From: an uncultured Demequinaceae bacterium
GTDB taxonomy: Bacteria; Actinomycetota; Actinomycetes; Actinomycetales; Demequinaceae
Assembly: GCA_964517615.1 (NCBI GenBank)
Contig: CAZFEH010000001.1
Span: 21,961-85,960, forward strand
Direction of reading: 5' to 3'
Length of the DNA stretch: 64,000 bases
The notes beneath the pieces are model-generated. The model worked only from the letters and a program-made list of their open reading frames with translations. It ran no database searches and had not been told where the DNA came from. Positions 39,587-49,650 of the stretch are shown in pieces (the stretch's first letter is position 1; each line of letters begins with the position of its first letter). A program made the translations under genes and the position numbers.

Positions 39587-40087
39587 CTACGCTTCGCGCG
39601 CGAGGAGCGCGCGCTTGACGTCCGTGCCCCATGCGAAGCCGCCCATCGACCCGTCACCGCGCAGCACCCGATGGCATGGCACGAACAATGCCGGCGCGTT
39701 GCGCGCACAGATCGAGGCGGCGGCCCGCACCGCGCTGGGCCGGTCGAGGGCCGCAGCGAACTCGGCATAGGTCAGCGGCGCCCCTGCCGGAATGCGCCGC
39801 AGCGCCTCCCATCCCTGCCTCTGGAGTGCAGTGCCGTGCTGGCTGACCGGTACTACCAGCACCGCACCCAGGTCGCCGTCGTAGTACGCCGCCACGGCAT
39901 CGGCCGCATCGGGGCGCCCCTGCCTGACCGTGCCGGGTCGCAGCGCCGGGGGGATGCGCACCAGCACCGCGTACCGATCCGCCGTCCAGCCGGAGGCGAG
40001 CACTTCGCCCCTCTCATGGGCGATGAGGGTGAAGGGGCCGTCCGGCGTGGTGAGCGTATGGACGATGGCCGTGTGGGCGGAGTTCAT
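39587..40087 (-). CDS. ogt: Methylated-DNA-protein-cysteine methyltransferase
   Basis: RIPAG...TYAEFA...AVRAAAS...VPCHRV active site. Confidence 0.92.
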   Translation of the reverse strand: MNSAHTAIVHTLTTPDGPFTLIAHERGEVLASGWTADRYAVLVRIPPALRPGTVRQGRPDAADAVAAYYDGDLGAVLVVPVSQHGTALQRQGWEALRRIPAGAPLTYAEFAAALDRPSAVRAAASICARNAPALFVPCHRVLRGDGSMGGFAWGTDVKRALLAREA

Positions 40088-41613
40088 GGTCGCCTCCTGA
40101 TCTGGGTAGTTGAGGGCTGGGTGGTTGAGGAATGGGTGGATGAGGCGTGCGCCGTGGCGGCCGCGCGCCACAGATGGGCCGTGAGGTAGCTGCGCCAGGG
40201 CGCCGCGCGCGCGGCCCACTGCTCCAGGCCCGCCGCATCGGACGGCACGCCCACCGCAACCGCACCGGCACGCACAGCGGTGTCGCCGGGCAGCAGCACG
40301 TCGGGATCGGCGAGCACGCGCATGCGCACATAGTCCGCGGTCCACGGGCCGATGCCCGGACGAGCCAGCAGCGCCGCACGCTGGGTGGGGCCGTCATCGC
40401 CCGGCCCGAGGTCGAGCGAACCGTCCGCGAGTGCCTCCGCTGCCGCGATGATGGCACGGACCCTCGCGGCGGGACCGCGCAATACCTGCTCGCCCTGCTG
40501 CGCGATCACCGCCATGCGCGGGAAGAGGAGATGCGGTGCGCCGTCCGGGGCCGGCACCGTCTCCCCCAGCGCTTCGACCAGGGCGGTCAGGGTGGTGCGC
40601 GCGGACGCCACCGAGACCTGCTGTCCCACCATCGCGCGGATGAGCATCTCGTGGGCATCGATCGTGCCCGGTACCCGGATGCCAGGGGTGCGGCGCACCA
40701 GCGGGGAGAGTTGCCCGTGATGCGCGAGCGCCGTGTCTATGGCCACCGGGTCGGCATCGAGGTCGAAGAGCCGCCGCACCCGGGCGACGAGCGGGCCGAG
40801 GTCGGACAGCTCCGTGACGGAGATGCGCAACCGCAGGCGCCGTGCCGCGCCCGCCCCGGCATCGGCCCTGATCTCGAACCATGCCGGTCCTCCCGCCAAC
40901 CGCACCGTGCGCGCAAAGCTGGAGTCGGTGGACTCTTCCATCCCGCGGATGGCCCGGGCCGCCATCCACTGGAACAGGCCATCGGCGTCGAAGGGTTCGC
41001 GCACGGGCAGGGCCAGCTCGATGGCTCCGGGTGTGGGATCGACGCGGCGGCGCGCCCGCAGCTCGGTGGGCGTCATGCCGAACACCTCGCGGATGGTGTC
41101 GTTGCATTGCCGGATGCTCCCGAAGCCCGCCGAGAACGCGACCTCGGCCACGGCGAGGTCCGTGTTCACCAGGAGCATGCGCGCGGTGTGAGCCCGGTGC
41201 GACCGCGCGAGGGCAAGCGGTCCCGCACCCAGCTCCGCGGCGAGCAGCCGCGTCAGATGCCGCGAGGAGTAGCCCAGCTGCCGGGCGAGGGCATCCACTC
41301 CCTCCCGCTCCACCAGGCCATCGGCGATGAGCCGCATCGCCCGCCCCACCGCATCGCGCCGCAGATCCCACTCTGGCGAACCCGGAGCGGCCTCCGGGAG
41401 GCATCGCTTGCAGGCCCGATATCCCGCCTCGTGAGCGGCGGCGCTCGTGGGATAGAACTGCACGTTGGCGGGCTTGGGGGTGCGCGCCGGGCAGGAGGGA
41501 CGGCAATAGATGCCCGTCGAGCGGACCGCCGTGACGAACTGCCCGTCGAAGCGGGTGTCGCGCGAGGCGACGATGCGATACCGCTCGTCAAAGCCAGCCG
41601 GCGCCGTGGTCAT
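40084..41613 (-). CDS. alkA: AdaA-AlkA fusion (Ada Zn domain/AraC HTH plus DNA-3-methyladenine glycosylase II)
   Basis: [39 protein letters not shown]. Confidence 0.92.
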   Translation of the reverse strand: MTTAPAGFDERYRIVASRDTRFDGQFVTAVRSTGIYCRPSCPARTPKPANVQFYPTSAAAHEAGYRACKRCLPEAAPGSPEWDLRRDAVGRAMRLIADGLVEREGVDALARQLGYSSRHLTRLLAAELGAGPLALARSHRAHTARMLLVNTDLAVAEVAFSAGFGSIRQCNDTIREVFGMTPTELRARRRVDPTPGAIELALPVREPFDADGLFQWMAARAIRGMEESTDSSFARTVRLAGGPAWFEIRADAGAGAARRLRLRISVTELSDLGPLVARVRRLFDLDADPVAIDTALAHHGQLSPLVRRTPGIRVPGTIDAHEMLIRAMVGQQVSVASARTTLTALVEALGETVPAPDGAPHLLFPRMAVIAQQGEQVLRGPAARVRAIIAAAEALADGSLDLGPGDDGPTQRAALLARPGIGPWTADYVRMRVLADPDVLLPGDTAVRAGAVAVGVPSDAAGLEQWAARAAPWRSYLTAHLWRAAATAHASSTHSSTTQPSTTQIRRRP

Positions 41614-41717
41614 GCCGCCACTGTGTCACATCCGCGGGACTCAGTCTCGCGGAAATCGGACATGGCAGTGGGTGGCAGCGGGGTGGCAGTACACCGACAC
41701 GGTGGGCCAACGCGACG

Positions 41718-41962
41718 TGGGGACCAAAAGTGCGACATTTCGGAGCCCCGTGCCTCCTGGTGGACCGAAAATGCGATGAACCGCATGCCAGGTAGTGCGC
41801 ACGTGGTGCAGTGGGGCGCCGAGTCCGCAAACAGCGGGCTGTGAACTCAGGCAGCGCACCCAGACAGTGGGCCGGGCTGCGGACCCCAAGTGCCGAGGCG
41901 AAATCGCACAATGTGTCCCCTGGGACGCACGGCGCTCCGAAATGTCGCACTTTTGGTCCCCA
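41718..41962. repeat. MITE/REPIN-like element with about 40-bp terminal inverted repeats
   Basis: TGGGGACCAAAAGTGCGACATTTCGGAGC(CCCGTGC) at 41718; its reverse complement ends at 41962; degenerate internal copies. Confidence 0.75.
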
Positions 41963-41999
41963 GAGCCGCGAACGCCCGTGCCGCGGCATCCGGAAACAC

Positions 42000-42024
42000 A
42001 AAAGCCGCCCCGAAGGGCGGCTCC
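42000..42024 (-). terminator. Terminator after tRNA-Ala
   Basis: AGCCGCCC-TTCG-GGGCGGCT hairpin plus TTT on the minus strand. Confidence 0.8.
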
Positions 42025-42026
42025 TG

Positions 42027-42099
42027 TGGAGCTGAGGGGACTCGAACCCCTGACCCCCTGCATGCCATGCAGGTGCGCTACCAGCTGCGCCACAGCCCC
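42027..42099 (-). tRNA. tRNA-Ala (GGC)
   Basis: GGGGCTGTGGCGCAGCTGGTAGCGCACCTGCATGGCATGCAGGGGGTCAGGGGTTCGAGTCCCCTCAGCTCCA; cloverleaf, G3-U70 pair, anticodon GGC. Confidence 0.97.
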
Positions 42100-42183
42100 T
42101 GATCACTCATCAGAGCGGACTCGATACTAGCCCATGCGGCCCGCGCCCGCCTAATCGGCGCCCCCGCGCGTGCCCTCGTCTCG

Positions 42184-42792
42184 TCACCCCTGCGCGTTGA
42201 CGTTGTGGCGCTCCAGCGACCACGGCGCATCGGTCACCGGCCCCAGGCGCGACCATGCCGCATTCTCCAGGTTCCCCACCGCGTGGGTGTGCGTGGGCAG
42301 CCCCAGGAGAGACAGGATCAGCATGCGCCCAGAACTTCCATGCGTGACCATCACCAGGTCGGTGCCCTCCGCCCGAGGCCACCATTCGTCGAGCGCGTCA
42401 CGCATGCGCGTGACCACCGACTCGTGCAATTCGTAGCCCTCGATGCGCGGTTCGCGGCGCGACTTCCACCGCACCACCTCCTCGGGATCGCGATCCTCGC
42501 GCTCCTGAGCGGTGAGCCCCTCCCACACCCCGTAGGCGCGCTCGATGAGCCGCACATCGGTGTGCAACGGCACCTCCACCGCGTCAGCCACCACCTGCGC
42601 GGTCTCCACGGCCCGGCTCAGTGGTGATGCCACGATCACCGCACCAGGCGCCAGCACCGCCGCCAGCGACGCCGATGCCCGTGCGGCCTGGGAGCGTCCG
42701 TGGTCGTTGAGCGGCACCTCGGACGAGCCCTGGAGCCTGCCCTGCGCGTTCCAGTCCGTCTCGCCATGGCGCAGGACGTAGAGCCGACTCAC
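42184..42792 (-). CDS. Histidine phosphatase family protein
   Basis: LRHGETDWN, SPLSRAVET, ERAYGVWEG, VTHG. Confidence 0.9.
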   Translation of the reverse strand: MSRLYVLRHGETDWNAQGRLQGSSEVPLNDHGRSQAARASASLAAVLAPGAVIVASPLSRAVETAQVVADAVEVPLHTDVRLIERAYGVWEGLTAQEREDRDPEEVVRWKSRREPRIEGYELHESVVTRMRDALDEWWPRAEGTDLVMVTHGSSGRMLILSLLGLPTHTHAVGNLENAAWSRLGPVTDAPWSLERHNVNAQG

Positions 42793-43151
42793 AGGTCCTC
42801 CGGAAGGGGCACCACGGGGCAGTCCTTCCACAGTCGCTCAAGGTCGTAGTAGGTGCGGTCCTCCTCATGCATCACGTGCACGATGAGGTCGTTGAAGTCC
42901 AGGAGCGCCCACCTGCCCTCGCGCACCCCTTCGCGCCGCAGCGCCTGAGCGCCCTCGGGCTTGAGGACCTCCTCGATGCGTTCGGCGATGGCCACGACCT
43001 GGCGCTCATTGGAGCCGGAGACGATGAGGAAGACATCGGCCAGAGGCAGGTGCTCGGTGACGTCGAGTGCGAGAATCTGCTCGCCCTTCACATCGCCCGC
43101 GGCACGGGCGGCAAGTTCCGTGAGGTGCACAGCCCGCTCGGAAGCACTCAT
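42789..43151 (-). CDS. rsfS: Ribosome silencing factor
   Basis: SGSNERQV, WALLDFNDLIVHVM, YYDLERLW. Confidence 0.95.
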   Translation of the reverse strand: MSASERAVHLTELAARAAGDVKGEQILALDVTEHLPLADVFLIVSGSNERQVVAIAERIEEVLKPEGAQALRREGVREGRWALLDFNDLIVHVMHEEDRTYYDLERLWKDCPVVPLPEDL

Positions 43152-44743
43152 GTATTCACCCTGATCACTTGGTACATCACGACACCGAAGACAAACATGA
43201 GCGCACCCAGTACCACGAAGTGCACCCAGCGATAGTGACGCACACCGCCGGCCTCCTGCAGCCGGGCCTCACGGTTCACCGTGGGAACGGAGCCCGTGAG
43301 CAACTGCCCCGGCATGGTGGGCACGGCACCGTTGACCAGCGGGATGGCGCCCGTGCTGGGGTTGGCGCCGCCCAGGGCGCCGGGGAAGATGGGAGTCTGT
43401 CCCGTGAGCGGCTGGCCTGGAAACAGCGCGGACTGCTGCGGCTGCGCCGCGCCGAAGGCTTGGGTGAAGGGCGGCTGGCCGAACGGGTTGGGCGCGACCT
43501 GCCCCGACGAACCCACCGGCGCGAACGGATTCGCATGCGCCTGCTGCAGCGCGGCGAGGTCGGGCGTCGGCAGGTCTGCCACCGGCGTGTAGGCGTTCAC
43601 GTCCACCTGTGCTGCGGGCGCCGCGTCGAGCGGGTGCTGCTCCCAGGGCGACGATGCCGCAGGCACGGAGGGCACGGAACCCGAGGGGGTGGGATCGAGC
43701 CTCGACACGACCGGGATCGGCTCCGACACCACGGGGAGGGGATCCGGTTCCACCGCGGGAACATCCTGTTCGAAGGTGGGGACGGCCATGACCTCCGTCA
43801 GGGCCTCACCTCGGATGCCTCCCAGGCCAGCCGCCTCGAAGGGGCTCGGGATGCCGCCCGTGGGAGATGCCGTTGCGGGCGACGCAAGGTCGGGAAGCAC
43901 GGCCGAGGGCGCGACGGTGTCGGGCGTCGCCACCACAGGCACCGGGGCCGAATGCGAGCCCATATCCACCGGGGTGGCCGCGGCAACGGCCGCCTCGGCG
44001 GCGGCGAGCGCCTCCTCGAAGGGAGACAGGGGCGCGGCGGCCTCAACCGGCTCGGGCTCCTGCTCCTCATGGGCGGCACGCTCCAGGTTCGCCATCGCGG
44101 CGGCGGCGAGCCGACGGATCTCCGCGGCGGCATCGTCGTCGTCCGCGGGCTGCGGCTCGGCCTGGGCCGCGGCGGCCTTGGCCTCCTGCTCCTCGAATGC
44201 GCGGGCCTGTAGCGAGCCCGGGGGGAACAGATGGCGCAACGATGCCGGCACGGGCGAGGGATCGGTGCTGGGCGCTTCGAGCACGGGAAGGACTTCAGGA
44301 GCCTGCTCCACGGCCTGAACAGGCTCGGCCACAACCTCCACAGGCTCAGCCACCTGCTGCACCTGCCCGGTGACCTCCGCAAGACGCTCGGGCCGGGCCT
44401 CGGCCGCCGCGACCAGCCGCATCTCCGCCGAGGCCGCTACCGCCTCGGCCTGCGCCTGAGCGGCCTTCTCGCGCGCCAGGCGCTCCTGTTCGGCGATGAC
44501 CTCGGGCGTGACGGCGGGGATCTGACCGGTCGCAATCATCTCCTCCTCCGCGGTCCAGGACTCCACAGGGTGAACCACCCGCTCCAGGCGCCGGCGCTCA
44601 CGGCGCGACAGCACATGCCCGTCGGGGCCCAGCTCGGGGACCTCTCCCGCCTGCACCCGCGCGGCGAACTCCGCCGCAGGGTCTGCGTGGGGGGTCTCTT
44701 CCTGCGCACGTCGGGCGCGGCGCGAGAGCCGCTCTTCAGTCAT
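43148..44743 (-). CDS. Pro/Ala-rich, largely disordered protein with C-terminal TM helix
   Basis: Long ORF coupled to nadD and rsfS; LSRRARR and LSRRERRR motifs; hydrophobic C-terminus. Confidence 0.7.
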   Translation of the reverse strand: MTEERLSRRARRAQEETPHADPAAEFAARVQAGEVPELGPDGHVLSRRERRRLERVVHPVESWTAEEEMIATGQIPAVTPEVIAEQERLAREKAAQAQAEAVAASAEMRLVAAAEARPERLAEVTGQVQQVAEPVEVVAEPVQAVEQAPEVLPVLEAPSTDPSPVPASLRHLFPPGSLQARAFEEQEAKAAAAQAEPQPADDDDAAAEIRRLAAAAMANLERAAHEEQEPEPVEAAAPLSPFEEALAAAEAAVAAATPVDMGSHSAPVPVVATPDTVAPSAVLPDLASPATASPTGGIPSPFEAAGLGGIRGEALTEVMAVPTFEQDVPAVEPDPLPVVSEPIPVVSRLDPTPSGSVPSVPAASSPWEQHPLDAAPAAQVDVNAYTPVADLPTPDLAALQQAHANPFAPVGSSGQVAPNPFGQPPFTQAFGAAQPQQSALFPGQPLTGQTPIFPGALGGANPSTGAIPLVNGAVPTMPGQLLTGSVPTVNREARLQEAGGVRHYRWVHFVVLGALMFVFGVVMYQVIRVNT

Positions 44744-45327
44744 GCGCTTCCTCCGGTGTACAGGTGGTGTCGTTCTATGTATCGGACCACACCTTGAGGG
44801 GTCAGGTACCGGATGGGGGCACCATCGAGCACACGACGACGAACCTCGGTCGAGGATACCGCCACCGACGGGACCTCAAGCACCTCCACCCCTTGCTCCC
44901 GCGCGGGCGGCGTGTGGCCTGGGCGGGTCACTCCCACAAAACGCGCGAGAGTCCTCAGACGCTCCGCGTCCTTCCATCGATCCAGGGTGGCCACCGCATC
45001 GGCGCCCGCAATGAACGTCAGCTCCGCGCCCGGATACCGTGCGGCGAGATCGACGAGAGTGTCCACGGTGTAGGTGGCGCCGCCGCGCACGATGTCGCAG
45101 TCATCCACGTCCAGGTAGGGGTCATCGGCCACAGCGAGGCGGCACATCTCCAGCCGGTCTTCGGCCGACGCCACAGGCGGCGCCTTGAGCGGCTGGGCGT
45201 TCGCGGGCACCAGGAGCACCCGGTCCAGGCCGAGCACATGCCGGGCCTCGCTCGCGGCGGCCAGATGGCCGAGGTGGAGGGGATCGAACGTCCCCCCCAG
45301 GACGCCGATGCGCGTGATCTCGCTCAC
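44740..45327 (-). CDS. nadD: Nicotinate-nucleotide adenylyltransferase
   Basis: GGTFDPLHLGH, TYTVDTL, GADA, VSSTEVR. Confidence 0.95.
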   Translation of the reverse strand: MSEITRIGVLGGTFDPLHLGHLAAASEARHVLGLDRVLLVPANAQPLKAPPVASAEDRLEMCRLAVADDPYLDVDDCDIVRGGATYTVDTLVDLAARYPGAELTFIAGADAVATLDRWKDAERLRTLARFVGVTRPGHTPPAREQGVEVLEVPSVAVSSTEVRRRVLDGAPIRYLTPQGVVRYIERHHLYTGGSA

Positions 45328-45328
45328 G

Positions 45329-45484
45329 TCAGTGGCGTGTGCCCACGCTCCTGAAGGCGAACGTGACAAAGAGCAAGCCCATCAGGACGGCAAACGCGAG
45401 CAACCCGTATGCCACGGGCGGGATGGGGAGTTCGTTGACAACGACCTCCTCGGCAGTGGTGACAACCGTCTGCAATGCGTTCAC
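45329..45484 (-). CDS. 51-aa single-TM membrane protein
   Basis: Below the ORF-track cutoff. RBS GAAGGAG, GTG start; MNALQTVVTTAEEVVVNELPIPPVAYGLLAFAVLMGLLFVTFAFRSVGTRH. Confidence 0.7.
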   Translation of the reverse strand: MNALQTVVTTAEEVVVNELPIPPVAYGLLAFAVLMGLLFVTFAFRSVGTRH

Positions 45485-45537
45485 AGAATCTCCTTCGGAT
45501 CGGCCTTCAGTATCCCACGGTCGGGTCTGCGGGGCGA

Positions 45538-46809
45538 CTACGGTCGCACGTGCCCGTCGCCGTGCACCACCCAGGTGGTGGTCGTGAGCTCGCCCAGGCC
45601 CATGGGCCCGCGTGCATGCAGCTTCTGGGTGGAGATACCGATCTCTGCCCCCAGGCCGAACTGACCGCCGTCGGTGAAGCGCGTCGAGGCATTCACCAGC
45701 ACCGCCGCCGAATCCATGTGGGCCACGAAGCGCTCGGAGGCCGCGAGGTCCTGCGTCACGATCGCCTCGGTGTGCTGCGTGGTGTATTCGCGAATGTGCG
45801 CGATCGCCTGGTCGATGCTGTCCACCACACGCACCGCGATGTCCATGCTCAGGTACTCGGTGCGCCAGTCCTCCTCCGTGGCGGGCACCGTGGGGACGTC
45901 GGCAAGGGCCGATGCCGTGGCATCGGCGTGGAGCGTGACGCCAGCCTCATGCAGGGCGCGCAGCACCGCCGCCCCCGTCGCCGCCGCCTCGCGGTGGATC
46001 AGCAGCGTCTCGGCGGCGTTGCACACGCCCACCCGCTGGGTCTTGGAGTTGAGCACGATGTCGATCGAGCGCTGCGCGGGCGCCGAGGCGTCGAGGTAGA
46101 CGTGGCAGTTGCCCTCCCCCGTCTCGATGGCGGGAACGGTGGACTCGCGCACCACGGTCTGGATGAGGTCACGGCCGCCGCGCGGCACGAGCACATCCAC
46201 GAGGCCCCGCGCATTCATGAGCACGCGGGCTCCCTCGCGGCCGTAAGCGTCGATGGACTGCACCGCATCGCGAGGAAGCCCCGCGCCCTCCAGCGCGTCC
46301 TGCAGCACGGCCACGATCACCTCGTTGGACTCGCGCGCCGCACTGCCGCCGCGCAGCACCGCCGCATTGCCGGACTTGAGCGCCAGGCCTGCGGCGTCCA
46401 CCGTGACATTGGGGCGTGCCTCGTAGATCATGCCCACCACGCCCAGCGGCACTGACTTCTCGATGAGGCGCAGGCCGTTGGGCAGCGTGGAACCGCGGCG
46501 GATCTCCCCCACCGGGTCTGGCAGCGTCGCCACGAATCGCAGCGCCTGGGCGATGTCTTCGAGCCGTGCGGGCGTCAGGGTGAGGCGGTCGAGCAGTCCG
46601 GGGCTCATGCCCGCCGCACGCTCGCGCTCCACGTCGACGGCGTTGGCCGCGACGATGCGCTCGGCCTGAGCGACCAGGGCGTCGGCCATGGCCTCCAGCG
46701 CGGCATCCTTGGTGGCACGGGTCGCGGTCGCGAGCTCGCGCGACGCCTCCTTGGCGCGCGCGCACGCTCCCAGTACTGCGGCGGTCACGTCGACGGCGGT
46801 GTCAGTCAT
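45538..46809 (-). CDS. proA: Gamma-glutamyl phosphate reductase
   Basis: [46 protein letters not shown]. Confidence 0.96.
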   Translation of the reverse strand: MTDTAVDVTAAVLGACARAKEASRELATATRATKDAALEAMADALVAQAERIVAANAVDVERERAAGMSPGLLDRLTLTPARLEDIAQALRFVATLPDPVGEIRRGSTLPNGLRLIEKSVPLGVVGMIYEARPNVTVDAAGLALKSGNAAVLRGGSAARESNEVIVAVLQDALEGAGLPRDAVQSIDAYGREGARVLMNARGLVDVLVPRGGRDLIQTVVRESTVPAIETGEGNCHVYLDASAPAQRSIDIVLNSKTQRVGVCNAAETLLIHREAAATGAAVLRALHEAGVTLHADATASALADVPTVPATEEDWRTEYLSMDIAVRVVDSIDQAIAHIREYTTQHTEAIVTQDLAASERFVAHMDSAAVLVNASTRFTDGGQFGLGAEIGISTQKLHARGPMGLGELTTTTWVVHGDGHVRP

Positions 46810-46885
46810 GCCCACCAGTCTAGACGGGCGTGTCGGGGCCGCGAGAGGGCCGTGCGGCACCTTGCTCGCCCCGTACGCGCCCGCA

Positions 46886-48601
46886 CTAGCGCCGCTTGGC
46901 CGCGATCTTCTCCAGCGCCGCGATGAGCGCGTCGACATCCTCGGTGGTGTTGTACAGCGCGAGCGAGGGACGCACGGTGCTCTCGTGACCGAACCTGCGC
47001 AGGATCGGCTGGGCGCAGTGGTGGCCCGAGCGCACGGCGATGCCCTCCTTGTCGAGCGCCGCACCCACCTCGGGCGTCGCCCAGCCGTCGAGCACGAACG
47101 ACACCGCGCCCGCCCGATGCCGGGGGTTGCCCACGAGCGTCACGGACCTGACCTCGGCGAGGGCGCTCGCGAGGTACTCGATGAGTCCGTGCTCGTAGGC
47201 AGCGACGGCCTCGATGCCCCAGCCGTCGAGGTAGTCCAGCGCCGCCCCCAGGCCCACGGCATCGGCGATGTTGCCGGTGCCCGCCTCAAAGCGCGCGGGG
47301 GGACCGTGGTAGATGGTGCGCTCGAAGGTGACGTCCTCGATCATGTTGCCGCCGCCTTCCCAGGGCGGCATGGACTCCCACAGGGCGCGCTTGGCGTAGA
47401 CGGCGCCGATGCCCGTGGGGCCGAACACCTTGTGGCCGGACAGCACCAGGAAGTCCACGTCGAGCGCGAGCACATCGGTGGGCGCATGGGCCACCGACTG
47501 GGCCGCATCGAGCAGCACGGGCACACCGTGCGCGTGGGCGATGGCGATCATCTCCGCTGCGGGCGTCACGGTGCCGAGCGCGTTGGACACCGCGGTGAAC
47601 GAGGCGATCTTGGTGCGCGGCCCGATGAGCCGGGCGAACTCCTCGAGGATGATGTCGCCGCGGTCGTCGACGGGGGCCACGCGCAGCACCGCACCCGTCG
47701 CGGCGGCGAGCTGCTGCCACGGCACGATGTTGGCGTGATGCTCCAGATGGGTGATGAGAATCTCGTCACCCTCGCCCACATTCTGCGCACCCCACGTCTT
47801 GGCAATGAGGTTGATGCCCTCCGTGGTGCCGCGCACCCACACGATCTCCTCGGTCGACCCGGCGCCCACGAAGCGGCGCACCGATTCGCGCGCACCCTCG
47901 TAGGCGTCGGTGGCTCGTGCGGCGAGGGTGTGTGCCGCACGGTGGATGTTGGAGTTCTCGTGCTCGTAGAAGCGCGTGAGGCGGTCGATGACGGCCTGGG
48001 GCTTCTGGGTGGTGGCGGCATTGTCGAGCCACACGAGGTCCTTGCCGTTGACCTTCTCCTTGAGGATCGGGAAGTCGCGGCGCGCGAGATGCGGGTCGAA
48101 GCCCACCGCAGTGGCCCCCACGTGGGGAACCAGTTCGGGCGCGAAGACCTGCGCCCCGGCGTGGTCGGGCAGGCTCTGGCTCACCTCGAAGGAGTGGATG
48201 GGCGGATGGGTCGCGTCCACGTGCAGGGGAACCTCGGGCATCGCGAAGGGCCAGCGGGGGGCGATGCCGTAAGGGTCCTCGGGGACGAGCGGGACTCGGG
48301 GAACGTCCACCACCGAGGCGGCCAGCCCCGGCACGGGATGCGCCGCGCCGATGCTCGAGGGATGGGGCGGCTCGGAATGCAGGCGCGGTGCCACGGCGGG
48401 CGCCGGTGGCGCGACGGGGGCCACGGGCGTGAGCGGCACCGCGGGAGCGGGCGGTGCGGCCGACGTCACGGGTGCCGCCGACGTCAACGGTGCGTCGGAC
48501 GTGGCAGGAGCGGCCTCAGGGGCCTCCCGGAAGTACGACGTGGCCCACTGAGCCAGCGTGGTCTCGTCAGGGAGCGCCGAATCCTGCTCAGGCGTACTCA
48601 T
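46886..48601 (-). CDS. SufS-type cysteine desulfurase with N-terminal disordered cargo-loading domain (Family 2A encapsulin cargo)
   Basis: About 160-aa Pro/Ala-rich extension starting [15 protein letters not shown]; [14 protein letters not shown] (PLP Lys), RSGHHCAQP (catalytic Cys). Confidence 0.9.
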   Translation of the reverse strand: MSTPEQDSALPDETTLAQWATSYFREAPEAAPATSDAPLTSAAPVTSAAPPAPAVPLTPVAPVAPPAPAVAPRLHSEPPHPSSIGAAHPVPGLAASVVDVPRVPLVPEDPYGIAPRWPFAMPEVPLHVDATHPPIHSFEVSQSLPDHAGAQVFAPELVPHVGATAVGFDPHLARRDFPILKEKVNGKDLVWLDNAATTQKPQAVIDRLTRFYEHENSNIHRAAHTLAARATDAYEGARESVRRFVGAGSTEEIVWVRGTTEGINLIAKTWGAQNVGEGDEILITHLEHHANIVPWQQLAAATGAVLRVAPVDDRGDIILEEFARLIGPRTKIASFTAVSNALGTVTPAAEMIAIAHAHGVPVLLDAAQSVAHAPTDVLALDVDFLVLSGHKVFGPTGIGAVYAKRALWESMPPWEGGGNMIEDVTFERTIYHGPPARFEAGTGNIADAVGLGAALDYLDGWGIEAVAAYEHGLIEYLASALAEVRSVTLVGNPRHRAGAVSFVLDGWATPEVGAALDKEGIAVRSGHHCAQPILRRFGHESTVRPSLALYNTTEDVDALIAALEKIAAKRR

Positions 48602-49517
48602 GGTAGTTCGTGACATCCACGCCATCGAGGGCGCCCAGAGCGTCGTCCGCGAGCACCGCCGCCGCGCAGTACAGCGACACGAGGTACGAGGCGACGGCCC
48701 GGTTGTCGATGCCCTTGAACCGCACCGAGAGGCTCGGCTGGATCTCACCGGGCACACCCGGCTGGAACAGACCCACGACGCCCTGCTTCTCCAAGCCGGA
48801 GCGCACCAGCAGGATGGTGGTCTTGCCCTTGGTGACGTCGAGCTTGTCCGTGGGGATGATCGGGATGCCACGCCACGTCAGGAAGTGCGAGCCGAAGAGG
48901 TTCACGGTGGCCGGCGGCACGCCCCGGCGGGTGCACTCACGGCCGATCGCGGCCACGGCGAGGGGGTGAGCGAGGAAGAACGAGGGCTGCTTCCACACGC
49001 GCGCGATGAGGTCATCGAGGTCGTCAGGCGTGGGAGGGCCGTTGCGGGTAGTTCCGCGTTGGCCGGCCGTCACCTGGTGCAGCAGGCCGTAGTTGGTGTT
49101 GTTGATGAGTTCGCGCTCCTGGCGCTCCTTGACCTTCTCGACCGTCAGGCGCAGCTGCTCGCGCACCTGGTCGTGCGGCGAGGAGAACAGGTCGGAGACT
49201 CGCGTCTGCACCTCAAGCACCGTGGTAACCGCGTTGAGCACCTGCTCGCGCGGGCTGGTCTCGTAGTCCACAAACGACTCGGGAAGCTCCCGGTTGCCCG
49301 CGGGGCTGCACTCGATGTCGGCCACATCGCCGCTCGCGGCATCGTCCTTGACGCGGTTGATCCGGTAGACGCCCGACTCGACCGGCACCCATTCCAGCAG
49401 CGGCACCACCCACCGGGGCGTGATCCCCTGCCAGGTCGGAGCGCTCGTGGTGACCGTGGACAGTTGGCGGGCCGCGGCCTCACCCAAAGTGCCATACAAC
49501 GGGAGGCTATCTGCCAT
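48588..49517 (-). CDS. Family 2A encapsulin shell protein (SrpI / major membrane protein I-like)
   Basis: AARQLSTVTTSAPTWQGITPRW, YRINRV, FVDYETSPRE, KERQERELINNTNYGLL, GPPTPDDLDDL, RECTRRGVPP, WRGIPIIPTDK, QGVVGL; no cNMP-binding insertion; overlaps the desulfurase gene. Confidence 0.9.
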   Translation of the reverse strand: MADSLPLYGTLGEAAARQLSTVTTSAPTWQGITPRWVVPLLEWVPVESGVYRINRVKDDAASGDVADIECSPAGNRELPESFVDYETSPREQVLNAVTTVLEVQTRVSDLFSSPHDQVREQLRLTVEKVKERQERELINNTNYGLLHQVTAGQRGTTRNGPPTPDDLDDLIARVWKQPSFFLAHPLAVAAIGRECTRRGVPPATVNLFGSHFLTWRGIPIIPTDKLDVTKGKTTILLVRSGLEKQGVVGLFQPGVPGEIQPSLSVRFKGIDNRAVASYLVSLYCAAAVLADDALGALDGVDVTNYHEYA

Positions 49518-49650
49518 GACGGCTGCACCTTCCTGAATCTGGGGACGTGATGAGCGCCATGGTAGTGCGCGCCCACGACCCACGATAGTGACCCTAGGGT
49601 CACTCATCGAGAATACGCATGAATGGTGCGGTGCGCCCGACGGTGCCGGG

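Noticed and set aside
40103-40147. Three degenerate 15-bp repeats at the alkA 3' end ([16 protein letters not shown])
   Set aside because: An in-frame low-complexity tail with no evidence of function; unlike the hemL/cysG repeat it creates no mini-ORFs.
23679-42099. tRNA-anchored genomic island
   Set aside because: No integrase, no duplicated tRNA 3' end seen, and codon style appears similar to the core genes.
48588-49517. Prophage capsid gene
   Set aside because: No terminase, portal, tail or integrase nearby; the sequence and desulfurase partner fit an encapsulin.
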